Below, piece by piece: positions 9,040 through 18,471 of a DNA stretch of 64,000 bases. The translations under genes were made by a program, and so were the position numbers. Within the stretch, counting starts at the first letter, position 1. Each line of letters starts with the position of its first letter. The stretch comes from a virus. The notes under the pieces were generated by a model. That model searched no databases. It was not told the origin of the DNA and saw nothing but the letters and a program-made list of their open reading frames with translations. Where the stretch lies: IMG/VR virus record IMGVR_UViG_3300035157_000972. One strand, 5' to 3'.

Positions 9040-9653
9040 ATCTATTTCTTGGACCAACTCATGACTTGAGTTTTTTATATAATGATGAAGAAGCACAACG
9101 AGTGACACCACAGGAGATCGCTACATTCATCATGCAAGATGAGATTGTAGCGGTCTATAATGGTAGATCAGAAGCAGGTCCTAGAGCATTAGGAAATAGA
9201 AGTATATTATATGACCCAAGAGATATCAATACTAAGGAGACAATAAACAAGGTAAAGAGGAGGGAACGTTTCCGACCCTTTGCTGCTGCTGTGTTGAACG
9301 AACATGCAAATGAATGGTTTGATATGTCTGGACTGAATAGATCCCCTACAATGTCATATGCAGTGCAGACACGAGAAGAAAAGAAAGAATTGATACCCGG
9401 AGTTGTTCATATAGATGATACATGTAGAGTTCAAACAGTAGAGAATGATATACCTCATTTGTATGAGGTCATACAAGAGTTCTACAAGTACACTAAAGTT
9501 CCTATGGTATTGAATACCTCATTCAACCTTGCAGGTCAACCTCTAGTTGAAACACCACAAGATGCTATAGATACATGGAAAGAATCTGATATTCATGTAC
9601 TCTGGTTTCCAGAAGCAAGACGAATGTACAAGAGTTCATCGCTAGGAGATTGA
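9033..9653 (+). CDS. Carbamoyltransferase C-terminal (YrdC-like) domain, stand-alone
   Basis: 'GRSEAGPRALGNRSIL', 'KRRERFRPFA', 'HIDDTCRVQT', 'LNTSFN'. Confidence 0.88.
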   Translation: MVNLFLGPTHDLSFLYNDEEAQRVTPQEIATFIMQDEIVAVYNGRSEAGPRALGNRSILYDPRDINTKETINKVKRRERFRPFAAAVLNEHANEWFDMSGLNRSPTMSYAVQTREEKKELIPGVVHIDDTCRVQTVENDIPHLYEVIQEFYKYTKVPMVLNTSFNLAGQPLVETPQDAIDTWKESDIHVLWFPEARRMYKSSSLGD

Positions 9654-9654
9654 T

Positions 9655-10494
9655 ATGAGAATCTTAGGAGTAAATCTATCAAATAATGGTTCTATATGTG
9701 TGCTCAACAATGGTGAGATAGAATTATACTTGGAAGCAGAAAGATTATCGAGAAAGAAAAGGGATTATAATTGTACAAAACTGTTTGGGTTAGTAAAAGA
9801 TGTGGATAAGATTGCTATAAGTGATGCCTGTTGGAGTCAAGATAAGAAAAAGTCTCTTATATCTTCAAAGAATATAGCAACGATCAAGAAAAAGTTTCCG
9901 AATGCTGAGAGATATGATTTCAGAGACAGACATCATCTAACTCATGCTGCCTGTGGATTCTATAACTCAGAGTTTGAAGAAGCAGCAGTCATTATAGTTG
10001 ACTCAAGTGGATCTAACTTCAAGGAAGGAGATGAGTGTGAAACTATCATGCATGTCAAGCGAGGTAGAAGATTTCATTGGAAGGTTTTGCACAAGAGATA
10101 TAATACCGATGATGATTATGGTATAGGTTTACAGTTTGATATGGTATCAGAGAAATGTAAATGGGGAAGAGAAGAAGCAGGAAAGGTCATGGGTCTTGCA
10201 CCCTATGGACAATATGTTGATGGACCATACTTACACTCATCAAATGAGAACGCTGCTGCTACCATTCAATATGATTGGGAGCAAAGAGCAGTGGAGTTGG
10301 TCAAGATAGCATCAGAGAAATGTAATAATATTGTTCTGACGGGTGGATGTTTTCTCAATGTTGTGGTAAACTATAAACTATTGAAGGAATTTCCTGATTT
10401 GAATTTCTATGTTGACCCGATTGCTTTCGATGGAGGAACTGCTATCGGATCAGCATATATACTTCACCACAATCCCAAAATAAAATCTTACTAA
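9655..10494 (+). CDS. Carbamoyltransferase N-terminal (Kae1-like) domain, stand-alone
   Basis: 'EAERLSRKK', 'HHLTHAA', 'GKVMGLAPYG', 'TGGCFLNVVVN', 'DGGTAIG'. Confidence 0.88.
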   Translation: MRILGVNLSNNGSICVLNNGEIELYLEAERLSRKKRDYNCTKLFGLVKDVDKIAISDACWSQDKKKSLISSKNIATIKKKFPNAERYDFRDRHHLTHAACGFYNSEFEEAAVIIVDSSGSNFKEGDECETIMHVKRGRRFHWKVLHKRYNTDDDYGIGLQFDMVSEKCKWGREEAGKVMGLAPYGQYVDGPYLHSSNENAAATIQYDWEQRAVELVKIASEKCNNIVLTGGCFLNVVVNYKLLKEFPDLNFYVDPIAFDGGTAIGSAYILHHNPKIKSY

Positions 10495-10495
10495 C

Positions 10496-10747
10496 ATGCC
10501 AACATACCCTGTAAAAAATTTGAAGACTGGCGAAACTAAAGAGATCATTATGTCCATGAAAGAATATGATCAGTGGAGAAAGGACAACCCTGATTGGGAT
10601 AAGGACTGGTCACAAGGAGCAGCATCAGCAGTGAGTGCTACTGGGGATGTTTACAGTAGGACAGATGGAGGATGGAATGAAGTTCTATCAAGAGTCGGTA
10701 AAACACCCGGTTCAAATGTAAAACCTCAGAAAACGGTGCACTTCTAA
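10496..10747 (+). CDS. Conserved cyanophage hypothetical protein upstream of phoH
   Basis: 'MPTYPVKN...GWNEVLSRV...PGS'. Confidence 0.7.
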   Translation: MPTYPVKNLKTGETKEIIMSMKEYDQWRKDNPDWDKDWSQGAASAVSATGDVYSRTDGGWNEVLSRVGKTPGSNVKPQKTVHF

Positions 10748-11508
10748 TGCCTGCTAGAAAGAAGAAGACTTCCAATCAAGTTGGGGTAGGTATGACTGCC
10801 AAACAAATTAGGAGGAAGAAACCTTACAATGCTGACATGATGATTCCCATCGAGGCATTGACTGAGAATCAGAAAAAACTATTTGCATCACTCAATGAAG
10901 GTAAGAATGTATACACGTACGGAGTGGCAGGAACTGGTAAAACTTTTGTGGTTTTATATCATGCCCTCAAGGAAGTCCTCGATCCTATTACACCATATAA
11001 CAGGATTGTAATAGTAAGGTCTCTTGTATCTACAAGAGAGATAGGTTTCCTACCCGGTGACCATGATGATAAGTCAGCACTATACCAGATACCATACAAA
11101 AATATGGTCAAGTATATGTTTGAGTTACCTACAGACAGTGAGTTTGAAATGTTGTGGGGTAATCTCAAGACACAGGAGAGTGTCAAGTTTTGGTCAACCA
11201 GTTTTGTTAGAGGCACAACACTTGATGACTGCATCATGATAGTTGATGAGTGTCAGAACTTGAATTTTCATGAGTTAGATAGTATAATAACAAGAGTAGG
11301 AGAGAACTGTAAGATCCACTTCTGTGGTGACGCTGCACAAACCGACTTAGTAAAAACAAATGAGAAGAATGGTATCCTTGACTTCATGAAAATACTTGCA
11401 GCAATGCCTGAGTTTGATTCTATTGAATTTGGTATTGAAGATATAGTAAGATCAGGATTAGTCAAGAGTTATATTCTCAACAAACTGGCAATGAGTATTG
11501 ATGTTTAA
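10747..11508 (+). CDS. phoH: PhoH-family ATPase
   Basis: Walker A 'GVAGTGKT', 'IGFLPGD', 'RGTTL', 'DECQN', 'TRVGE'. Confidence 0.95.
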   Translation: MPARKKKTSNQVGVGMTAKQIRRKKPYNADMMIPIEALTENQKKLFASLNEGKNVYTYGVAGTGKTFVVLYHALKEVLDPITPYNRIVIVRSLVSTREIGFLPGDHDDKSALYQIPYKNMVKYMFELPTDSEFEMLWGNLKTQESVKFWSTSFVRGTTLDDCIMIVDECQNLNFHELDSIITRVGENCKIHFCGDAAQTDLVKTNEKNGILDFMKILAAMPEFDSIEFGIEDIVRSGLVKSYILNKLAMSIDV

Positions 11509-12166
11509 TCATGTAGAGTGTGATCTTCCTGCACTATCAAGGAAGACTATCGATGGTGTCAGATATTATTCGGTTGATGATAGACCGATGGTATCCATTA
11601 CTTCTGTCACATCATATTGGAACCGAGAGATCTTCAAGAAATGGAGAGCAAGAGTTGGTGAGGAGGAAGCAAACCGAATCACTAAGAAGGCAACCAATCG
11701 TGGCACGAAAACTCACGAGTTGATAGAGCACTTCCTACTCAATGAAGAGGTTGTATTAGACAACCCTAGTACTAAGATGTTATTCACTCAAGCAAAAAAA
11801 GAGTTGAAAAACATAAATAACATCTATGCGTTAGAGAAATCTCTATACAGCAGAGAATTAGGAGTAGCAGGGACGGTAGATTGCATCGCAGAATACAAGG
11901 GAGAACTTGCAATCATCGACTTCAAAACTGCAGAGAAACCTAAACCTGTTGATTGGATCGAGAACTATTTTGTACAGGCAGCAGCATATGCTTGTATGTT
12001 CTATGAGATTACAGACATCCCCGTCAAGAAACTTGTCATTCTCATGACATGCACCAACGGAGAGGTGAAAGTTTACGAAGAGTATGATAAAATGAAATAT
12101 ATGAGAAAACTTGTCCAGTACATCCAACTATTTGTCGAGGAAAAACTAAATGAAATCCAAAAGTGA
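11501..12166 (+). CDS. PD-(D/E)XK exonuclease (Cas4/RecB-like)
   Basis: 'SITSV', 'RGTKTH', 'AGTVDCIAEY...IIDFKT', 'QAAAYA'; usual position after phoH. Confidence 0.85.
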   Translation: MFNHVECDLPALSRKTIDGVRYYSVDDRPMVSITSVTSYWNREIFKKWRARVGEEEANRITKKATNRGTKTHELIEHFLLNEEVVLDNPSTKMLFTQAKKELKNINNIYALEKSLYSRELGVAGTVDCIAEYKGELAIIDFKTAEKPKPVDWIENYFVQAAAYACMFYEITDIPVKKLVILMTCTNGEVKVYEEYDKMKYMRKLVQYIQLFVEEKLNEIQK

Positions 12167-12413
12167 AGTCAAAGAAATGATCAAAAAGAACTTTCTCTGC
12201 TCAGAGAAGTTTGCAATGGAGATCGAGAAACTGGTCAAAGAAAATGAATCTATGAATTACATAGAGGCAATTTGTCATTACTGTGAGGAGAACAGTATAG
12301 AGATTGATAACGTCAACAAACTCATATCAAAACCATTGAAAGAAAAGTTGAAGTGTAATGCTATCAACCTAAACTATCTGAAGAGGACATCTAAAGCAAA
12401 GTTCACAATGTGA
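12150..12413 (+). CDS. gp33: Late transcription coactivator gp33
   Basis: 'FAMEIEKLV..MNYIEAICHYCEEN..KLISKPLKEKLK..A..LNYL'. Confidence 0.85.
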   Translation: MKSKSEVKEMIKKNFLCSEKFAMEIEKLVKENESMNYIEAICHYCEENSIEIDNVNKLISKPLKEKLKCNAINLNYLKRTSKAKFTM

Positions 12414-13330
12414 AACCGAAGTTATTATTATGTCCCGGCACAGGTTACTCTGCCACGACACCCCTATACTATACTCTGGCAGTAAACCATAAGTATTGTC
12501 ATGGGGGTTTTGATAAAGAATACGAACTATTACCTACACTATACTATAAAAAATCGAATAGGTTGAAGGACTACCTATATCATTATAAGTATAGATTCAA
12601 AAGACATCAGAACATTCAATCTTTTGATAACGGAACATATAAAAAGTATGGTTTCAAAAGAGAAAGGCATCCCGAAGTAGATTATAATAATCCATATACA
12701 AAATTAGATCCTGAGTATTACTATAATCGTCCTGTAACTCTTGAAAAATACATCAAGTATTATAAAGAACTGTATGATAATATAAAAGATGTCTATCAAA
12801 GTGGTTGTGATTTCACCACAGCAAATGGTAATCTACCACTATGGTTCTTACAAAAAATTGCACCAGAATTACAGGAACATTTTGATATAAAGGTATTGAT
12901 TATCAACAGGGATCCTGTAAGAAGACTTTTTAGTGAGGTAAACGTAAGGTATCAGAAAGATTCTTATGGATTTTCATCTGCAACACAGATGTTCTTTTAC
13001 GTTCTTGACAATCCTACAGGCAGACACTTTGGACTGCATAGACAGTATGAGAACTTCAATGTGTTATCATATCATACAGATGTAGTATCAAATTATTCTC
13101 AAGTATTTTCAGATGTATTAGAGATTTCAATGGAGAGTTTCTGGGATGGTGAAGATCTAGTATCCGATTTTTTAGGGTATAAAATTGAGCATCTATATAA
13201 TAATTGCTATCATCCCTTCATGGGTTCCAACCCACCACACTACAGATACCTAGCAGATCAATGGATGTCTGATAAAGAAGAACTAACGGAGGAGGATTAT
13301 GACAGAGCAAAATTATATTGGCATAGGTAA
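12410..13330 (+). CDS. Sulfotransferase-like protein
   Basis: PAPS-loop-like 'PGTGYSATTPLY', 'KEY', 3'-PB-like 'RDPVRRLFS'. Confidence 0.55.
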   Translation: MKPKLLLCPGTGYSATTPLYYTLAVNHKYCHGGFDKEYELLPTLYYKKSNRLKDYLYHYKYRFKRHQNIQSFDNGTYKKYGFKRERHPEVDYNNPYTKLDPEYYYNRPVTLEKYIKYYKELYDNIKDVYQSGCDFTTANGNLPLWFLQKIAPELQEHFDIKVLIINRDPVRRLFSEVNVRYQKDSYGFSSATQMFFYVLDNPTGRHFGLHRQYENFNVLSYHTDVVSNYSQVFSDVLEISMESFWDGEDLVSDFLGYKIEHLYNNCYHPFMGSNPPHYRYLADQWMSDKEELTEEDYDRAKLYWHR

Positions 13331-14708
13331 TGCACTGCACGACACAAGTATCGCTGCACTGATTAATGGCGAGTTCAAATATAGGAAGAGTGAACGTGCA
13401 TTTGGAATCAAACACCATCAAGCAGATGATAAGTGGTTCAAATCTGTACTAGATGAGTGGGGTGTTGATGAAAAGAATTCAAAGATTGTATATACTGACT
13501 CAGGTAAAAAAAGATTTGGTAGAAGAGTAAGAAAACCATACCACGGTGAAGATTATGTAGTAGAGGGTGATAGGATCTGTCTCGATCATCACACAGCACA
13601 TGTGTATTCTGCACAATCATATGCTTCACAGCATGCTGTCTTTGATGGTAGAGGATCAGGTGGTTATGGTGGTAGATGGACGGGTCTGACTATATCAGCA
13701 GACGGTCAGAAGAGATATAAAAATCTATCGATTGGTAAGTTCCTATCTTATGTGGGATATGCTATGGAATTCAAAGGTATGGAGGTAGATTTTCCCGGAA
13801 AGATTATGGGTCTACAGGCATACGGAACTCCTGACATGGAATTAGCAAGACAGATAAACTCTGATAATATTCTTGACTTATGTGGTGAGTGGATTCATAA
13901 AGGTATTGATAGTAAAGATTCAAAGTTCCAAGACTTCGTGGCAACTGTGCATAAGGCATGTGAACTCATACAGTTAGAATATTTCAAGGTGTTTGACCCA
14001 AGTAAAAAGATTTCTTGCTCCGGTGGTGTGATGTTGAACACAGTTATCAACACCGAACTAAGAAAGACATATGATTTAGACATATTACCGCATGTATATG
14101 ATGGTGGTCTTAGTATTGGTGCACTCAGGTATGCTGTTGGTCATAACTTTGACATGGGTAAGTTTCCATACTGTCAAGATGATTATGAACCAGAAGAAGT
14201 TACTGATCAGACTATTGAAGAAGCAGCAGAACTTTTAGCACAGGGTAAAATTATTGGGTGGTATCAAGGACATGGTGAGATAGGACCTAGGGCATTAGGT
14301 AACAGAAGTATCCTCATGAATCCAATGATCAAAGATGGTAAAGAAATATTGAACTCCCGTGTCAAGAAAAGAGAATGGTGGAGACCATTCGGAGCATCAG
14401 TATTGAAAGATAAGGCAGCAGATTATTTTGACATCGAGGACTCTCCATACATGTTATACAATGCAAAAGTAAAACAATCTGGACTTGATCCTATCACTCA
14501 TGTGGATGGCACTTGCAGACATCAGACTGTCACATACGAATCGAATCCAAAATACTATGAGTTGATCAGTGCCTTTGAGAAAAAGACTGGTTGTCCTATT
14601 CTTCTCAATACATCTTTGAATATAGGAGGTAAACCAATAGCGGGAACCCCAGAGGATGCAGATGTATCTGGTCTAGATGCTTTGATTATAGGGAATCAGA
14701 TTATCTGA
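13299..14708 (+). CDS. Carbamoyltransferase (NodU/CmcH/TobZ family), full length
   Basis: 'HDTS', 'DHHTAH', 'DGRG', 'GKIMGLQAYG', 'GPRALGNRSIL', 'LNTSLN'. Confidence 0.92.
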   Translation: MTEQNYIGIGNALHDTSIAALINGEFKYRKSERAFGIKHHQADDKWFKSVLDEWGVDEKNSKIVYTDSGKKRFGRRVRKPYHGEDYVVEGDRICLDHHTAHVYSAQSYASQHAVFDGRGSGGYGGRWTGLTISADGQKRYKNLSIGKFLSYVGYAMEFKGMEVDFPGKIMGLQAYGTPDMELARQINSDNILDLCGEWIHKGIDSKDSKFQDFVATVHKACELIQLEYFKVFDPSKKISCSGGVMLNTVINTELRKTYDLDILPHVYDGGLSIGALRYAVGHNFDMGKFPYCQDDYEPEEVTDQTIEEAAELLAQGKIIGWYQGHGEIGPRALGNRSILMNPMIKDGKEILNSRVKKREWWRPFGASVLKDKAADYFDIEDSPYMLYNAKVKQSGLDPITHVDGTCRHQTVTYESNPKYYELISAFEKKTGCPILLNTSLNIGGKPIAGTPEDADVSGLDALIIGNQII

Positions 14709-15907
14709 TGGGAGTTTATTGTAAGTTACCGTTCACTCATATCTTTAGTGATTCATATGGTATTATGATGCCATGTTGTTATGCACATGCAGATCATCCA
14801 TACAAATCAGATAGACCCGGTGACTTCCCAACTGCTTCTGTTGAAGATGGGATACTAAACTATTGGAAATCTCCTGAGATGAGTCAACTAAGACTTGACA
14901 TGATGAAAGGAGAGATGTCTGACACAATGAATAGTGTATGTCAACAATGCATATACAATGAGAAAGCAGGACTCCCATCTCATAGGATACCATCTGACAC
15001 TGTGCCCCTTGGAAGAGTTCTTGATATCAAGTTGAGATTGTTTGGTAACTCATGCAATCTTTCATGCTACATGTGTAACATCAAGAACTCTAGTTACAGA
15101 ATAAGTCAGACTGAAAAGATGATGGAGCACACACCGGAGGTGAGAGAGTATCTTGCTTACGATGACCTACCAGAATATCTAAAGAAAGATGGTGGGTTTG
15201 ATTTACTATCACATAGTCCGGAGGTTTTTGAAAGGTTGATGTTAGATATCAAAAAACTAGCATCAAAAATAAAATCTATTACTATTATTGGTGGTGAACC
15301 AATGATATTACCATCACACTATAAAGTTTTAGATGTATTGGTGGAGTCTGGACACTCTGATAAAATTACATTGAGTTATGATTCTAACCTGACTAGACTT
15401 CAATGGAAAGGTTGTAAGATATTAGATTATTTTGACAGGTTCAAGTCTGTAGATATCAAGTGGTCGATAGAAGGTGTCGGTAAGTATGATGAGTACATAA
15501 GATTCCCAACTAAGTGGGAGATTGTGGAGGAAAATTTTGATATCATTTCTACTCATCCTAAAGTAAATATTACTGCCAATACCACCATTCAATTACTATC
15601 AGTTATAAACTTTGATATACTTGTAGAATATCTTACGAAGAGAGGAATGCAAATAAAATTCATTCCTGTTGACACCCCACAAGTTGTTTCTCTTGGATAT
15701 CTACATCCAAATGTACGTAAGCGATTATCTAATAAATATCGAGGTACAGAACTTGAATTTATTTGTCAGGAACTTGATAAAAATTATGATGATTGGGAGG
15801 AGAGATGGGAGAAAGCAATAAAGTATCTCAACTCAATTGATTATGTCAATGGAACAAATTGGAAGGAAACATTCCCAGAACTGTGTGATCTGTCTGAAGA
15901 TAGGTAA
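14708..15907 (+). CDS. Radical SAM protein with N-terminal SPASM/twitch-like domain
   Basis: 'CKLPF..MPCC..CQQC', CxxxCxxC 'CNLSCYMC', 'GGEP', 'YIRFPTKW'. Confidence 0.88.
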   Translation: MGVYCKLPFTHIFSDSYGIMMPCCYAHADHPYKSDRPGDFPTASVEDGILNYWKSPEMSQLRLDMMKGEMSDTMNSVCQQCIYNEKAGLPSHRIPSDTVPLGRVLDIKLRLFGNSCNLSCYMCNIKNSSYRISQTEKMMEHTPEVREYLAYDDLPEYLKKDGGFDLLSHSPEVFERLMLDIKKLASKIKSITIIGGEPMILPSHYKVLDVLVESGHSDKITLSYDSNLTRLQWKGCKILDYFDRFKSVDIKWSIEGVGKYDEYIRFPTKWEIVEENFDIISTHPKVNITANTTIQLLSVINFDILVEYLTKRGMQIKFIPVDTPQVVSLGYLHPNVRKRLSNKYRGTELEFICQELDKNYDDWEERWEKAIKYLNSIDYVNGTNWKETFPELCDLSEDR

Positions 15908-16568
15908 GTTATATTCACATGACTATGTAAATAACCTATACAAAGCGATCAGAAAACAAACTGATCATGATGTCTTATGTTTTACCGATGATCCCACTGG
16001 GATACACCCTGACATTTACACTTATGACATGCAACCAAGAGTCAGTGAAGGATGGTGGCCAACGTGGAGTAAGATAGAGATATTTGGTAGAGATGAACTC
16101 TTGAGATATGAACGTAAGTTTTATTTTGATCTAGATCTTATCATACAAGGTGATATATCACCAATCTTTGAGTCGAAGGAGGATTGGGCAGCAATCAGAG
16201 CGACATGGAAGGGTATAAAATTTAGAATGAATCCAAACGAATCCGTAATCAATACCAGTGTCATGACTTGGTTAGATATTAGATGGATCTATGAGAAATG
16301 GGAATCTGATTGGAGAAACATAGTAAAGACATACAGAGGCACTGATCATTGGTATCATTTGAATGGGTTGACTCCTACGACTCACCCAAAAATATTTTAT
16401 TCCTATCGTGAGGGATCTAAACCATCACATTACTGGGACAATAATAAGAAACCTTATCTACAGTATCAACCAGAGTATTCGGTGTGTCTATTTCACCAGA
16501 AACCTGAGATACATGAACTAGATAAAGATAGTAAACTCTATCGGATTTGGAATGAAACAATTTCATAG
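15849..16568 (+). CDS. GT-A fold glycosyltransferase (start uncertain)
   Basis: 'CLKIGKLYSHDYVNNL', 'CFTDD', 'WWPTWSKIEIF', DxD 'FDLD', 'NTSVM'. Confidence 0.75.
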   Translation: MEQIGRKHSQNCVICLKIGKLYSHDYVNNLYKAIRKQTDHDVLCFTDDPTGIHPDIYTYDMQPRVSEGWWPTWSKIEIFGRDELLRYERKFYFDLDLIIQGDISPIFESKEDWAAIRATWKGIKFRMNPNESVINTSVMTWLDIRWIYEKWESDWRNIVKTYRGTDHWYHLNGLTPTTHPKIFYSYREGSKPSHYWDNNKKPYLQYQPEYSVCLFHQKPEIHELDKDSKLYRIWNETIS

Positions 16569-17457
16569 ATTTTATAGAGAAAACTTCGGAAGTTATACTG
16601 AATCTGACAAACCTGTATTCAGAACTGTCAATGTGCATGCACATAATGGATGCAACTTAGCATGCAAAGGATGTAATCATAATAGTAGTGTGCTTGCACC
16701 CGGAAGTGGTATCTTGGTTGATCAAATGCTTGATGATCTACAAAGTATTCTACCAAGGATTCATATCTATAGTCATATAAGTTTGCTAGGTGGAGAACCA
16801 CTATTAGAACCAAGATGCGAGGAGATTCTTACTAAGATAGAGGAGTTAGTTGAATGTAGAGTAAAGTTATTTTCTAATGCCCTCCTTCTTCATAAGAATC
16901 ATGATTGGATAATCGATCACATGAAACGGGGAACAACTCTAAGGTTGAGTATGCATGTTAGTCCTGTAAGTAAATTAGGGAAACAGAATTATAAAAATGT
17001 AAAAGACTTTATTGAATATGCAGAGGACAAGGTAGATCTAGATTCAACTCTTGAGATTAGTGAACCATGGGATGAGAAATGGTTTGACATGCTCAAGTGG
17101 GAGGACAATAAGTTTCATCCTCACGAAAACAATGATCTAGAGAGTAGTTGGAGTCACTGCTCATGTCCTCAAATGCAGATATATAATGGGCATCTCTGGA
17201 AATGTGCTAGTATAGCTTATCTAAGAGAAACACTTGGATCTACACAGCAGTTAGATGATCCTGCATGGCAGAAGTATCTAAAGTATAAACCCACTCGTGC
17301 AGATGCTCCCATAGAGGACATCTACAAGATGGCAGACGGTCAAAACTATGCACATTCAATTTGTAATATGTGTCCTGCTAATCCTAAATGGTTCAGAGCA
17401 TACAGACAATTGGCAGGTGTGAAACAAGTCGTACCTCAAACCAAAATCGACTTTTAG
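16552..17457 (+). CDS. Radical SAM protein
   Basis: 'CNLACKGC', 'LLGGEPLL', C-terminal Cys cluster 'CSC..GHLWKC..CNMC'. Confidence 0.88.
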   Translation: MKQFHRFYRENFGSYTESDKPVFRTVNVHAHNGCNLACKGCNHNSSVLAPGSGILVDQMLDDLQSILPRIHIYSHISLLGGEPLLEPRCEEILTKIEELVECRVKLFSNALLLHKNHDWIIDHMKRGTTLRLSMHVSPVSKLGKQNYKNVKDFIEYAEDKVDLDSTLEISEPWDEKWFDMLKWEDNKFHPHENNDLESSWSHCSCPQMQIYNGHLWKCASIAYLRETLGSTQQLDDPAWQKYLKYKPTRADAPIEDIYKMADGQNYAHSICNMCPANPKWFRAYRQLAGVKQVVPQTKIDF

Positions 17458-17512
17458 TTTACCAGATTCCGGAAAAAAAATCCCGGCAAATTTTTACCCC
17501 CTAGGTTTTTTA
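17443..17512. repeat. Copy A of a ~70-bp dispersed non-coding element
   Basis: TCGACTTTTA-12-CCGGAAAAAAAATYCCGG-16-AGGTTTTTTAT; ungapped match to 22342-22412. Confidence 0.7.
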
Positions 17513-18471
17513 TGAGAGTATTAGTGACAGGTGGATGTGGATTCATAGGACACAGAGTTGTGCACCTGCTTGAGAAACAAGGACATGATGTTCTGATTGT
17601 AGATAATCATACCACCTATGGGTCAATTCAGTCTGACGAGTTAGTAGATCTTGTAAGGGAAAGAAAAAGATTTATAAAATCTAATGTATTGACGACAGAT
17701 ATTTGTGACTTTGTAGCATTATATAAAGCAATAGAATTTGATCCTGATGTGGTGGTGCATCTAGCATCATTCCCTAGACAGAAAAGTGTTGACATCAATC
17801 CTCAAGAGGGTGTCAAGACTATGATGGAAGGTCTCTTGAATGTCTTAGAAATATCTAAGAACAGAAGATTGATTTATATCTCATCATCTATGGTGTATGG
17901 TGATATGGATGGTCCTGCTAGAGAAGATGATCCATGTACTCCGAAAGGTCTGTATGCTATCATGAAGTATACTGGTGAGAAGATGGTGAAGGATTATGGT
18001 AGAAGATTTGGTATGGAATATAATATTATAAGGCCATCAGCAGTTTATGGTCCTCGTGATGTTGGTGATAGAGTGATTGCAAAATTCCTACTCAATGCTA
18101 GGATAGGCAAACCACTCATAGTCAATGGTGTAGAAGAGAAACTAGATTTTAGTTTTGTAGATGACACCGCCAGTGGTATCTGTAGAGTTGTAAATCTTGG
18201 TTTACCAAATGAGACTTATAATATAACAAGGGGGCAGGCAAGAACAATTTATGATGCAGCATGCTGTGTGATAGATATGGTTGGTGATGGTGAGGTAATA
18301 GTTCAAGAAAAAGATGGCAAGTTTCCTAGCAGAGATGCCCTATGCATCGATAAAGCAAGGGAACAACTCGATTACAATCCAACAACAAACTTAGAGGAGG
18401 GTTTACAAATTTATTATGACTGGTTCACAGAGTTCTACGATCACGTTCACTGGTTTACAGCGTCAGTATAA
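17512..18471 (+). CDS. NAD-dependent epimerase/dehydratase (extended SDR)
   Basis: 'VTGGCGFIG', 'VHLAS', 'SSSMVYG', YxxxK 'YAIMK', 'VYGP'. Confidence 0.92.
   Translation: MRVLVTGGCGFIGHRVVHLLEKQGHDVLIVDNHTTYGSIQSDELVDLVRERKRFIKSNVLTTDICDFVALYKAIEFDPDVVVHLASFPRQKSVDINPQEGVKTMMEGLLNVLEISKNRRLIYISSSMVYGDMDGPAREDDPCTPKGLYAIMKYTGEKMVKDYGRRFGMEYNIIRPSAVYGPRDVGDRVIAKFLLNARIGKPLIVNGVEEKLDFSFVDDTASGICRVVNLGLPNETYNITRGQARTIYDAACCVIDMVGDGEVIVQEKDGKFPSRDALCIDKAREQLDYNPTTNLEEGLQIYYDWFTEFYDHVHWFTASV

Noticed and set aside
9033-10494. Carbamoyltransferase pseudogene
   Set aside because: Both halves are intact and in reversed order, which a nonsense or frameshift lesion cannot explain.
11501-12166. Cas4-like nuclease as a CRISPR component
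   Set aside because: Standard T4-like exonuclease next to phoH; no array or cas genes seen.
3482-14708. Saxitoxin-like pathway (amidinotransferase, carbamoyltransferase, sulfotransferase)
   Set aside because: No SxtA-like polyketide synthase or Rieske oxygenases in the window; the context is dominated by sugar enzymes.
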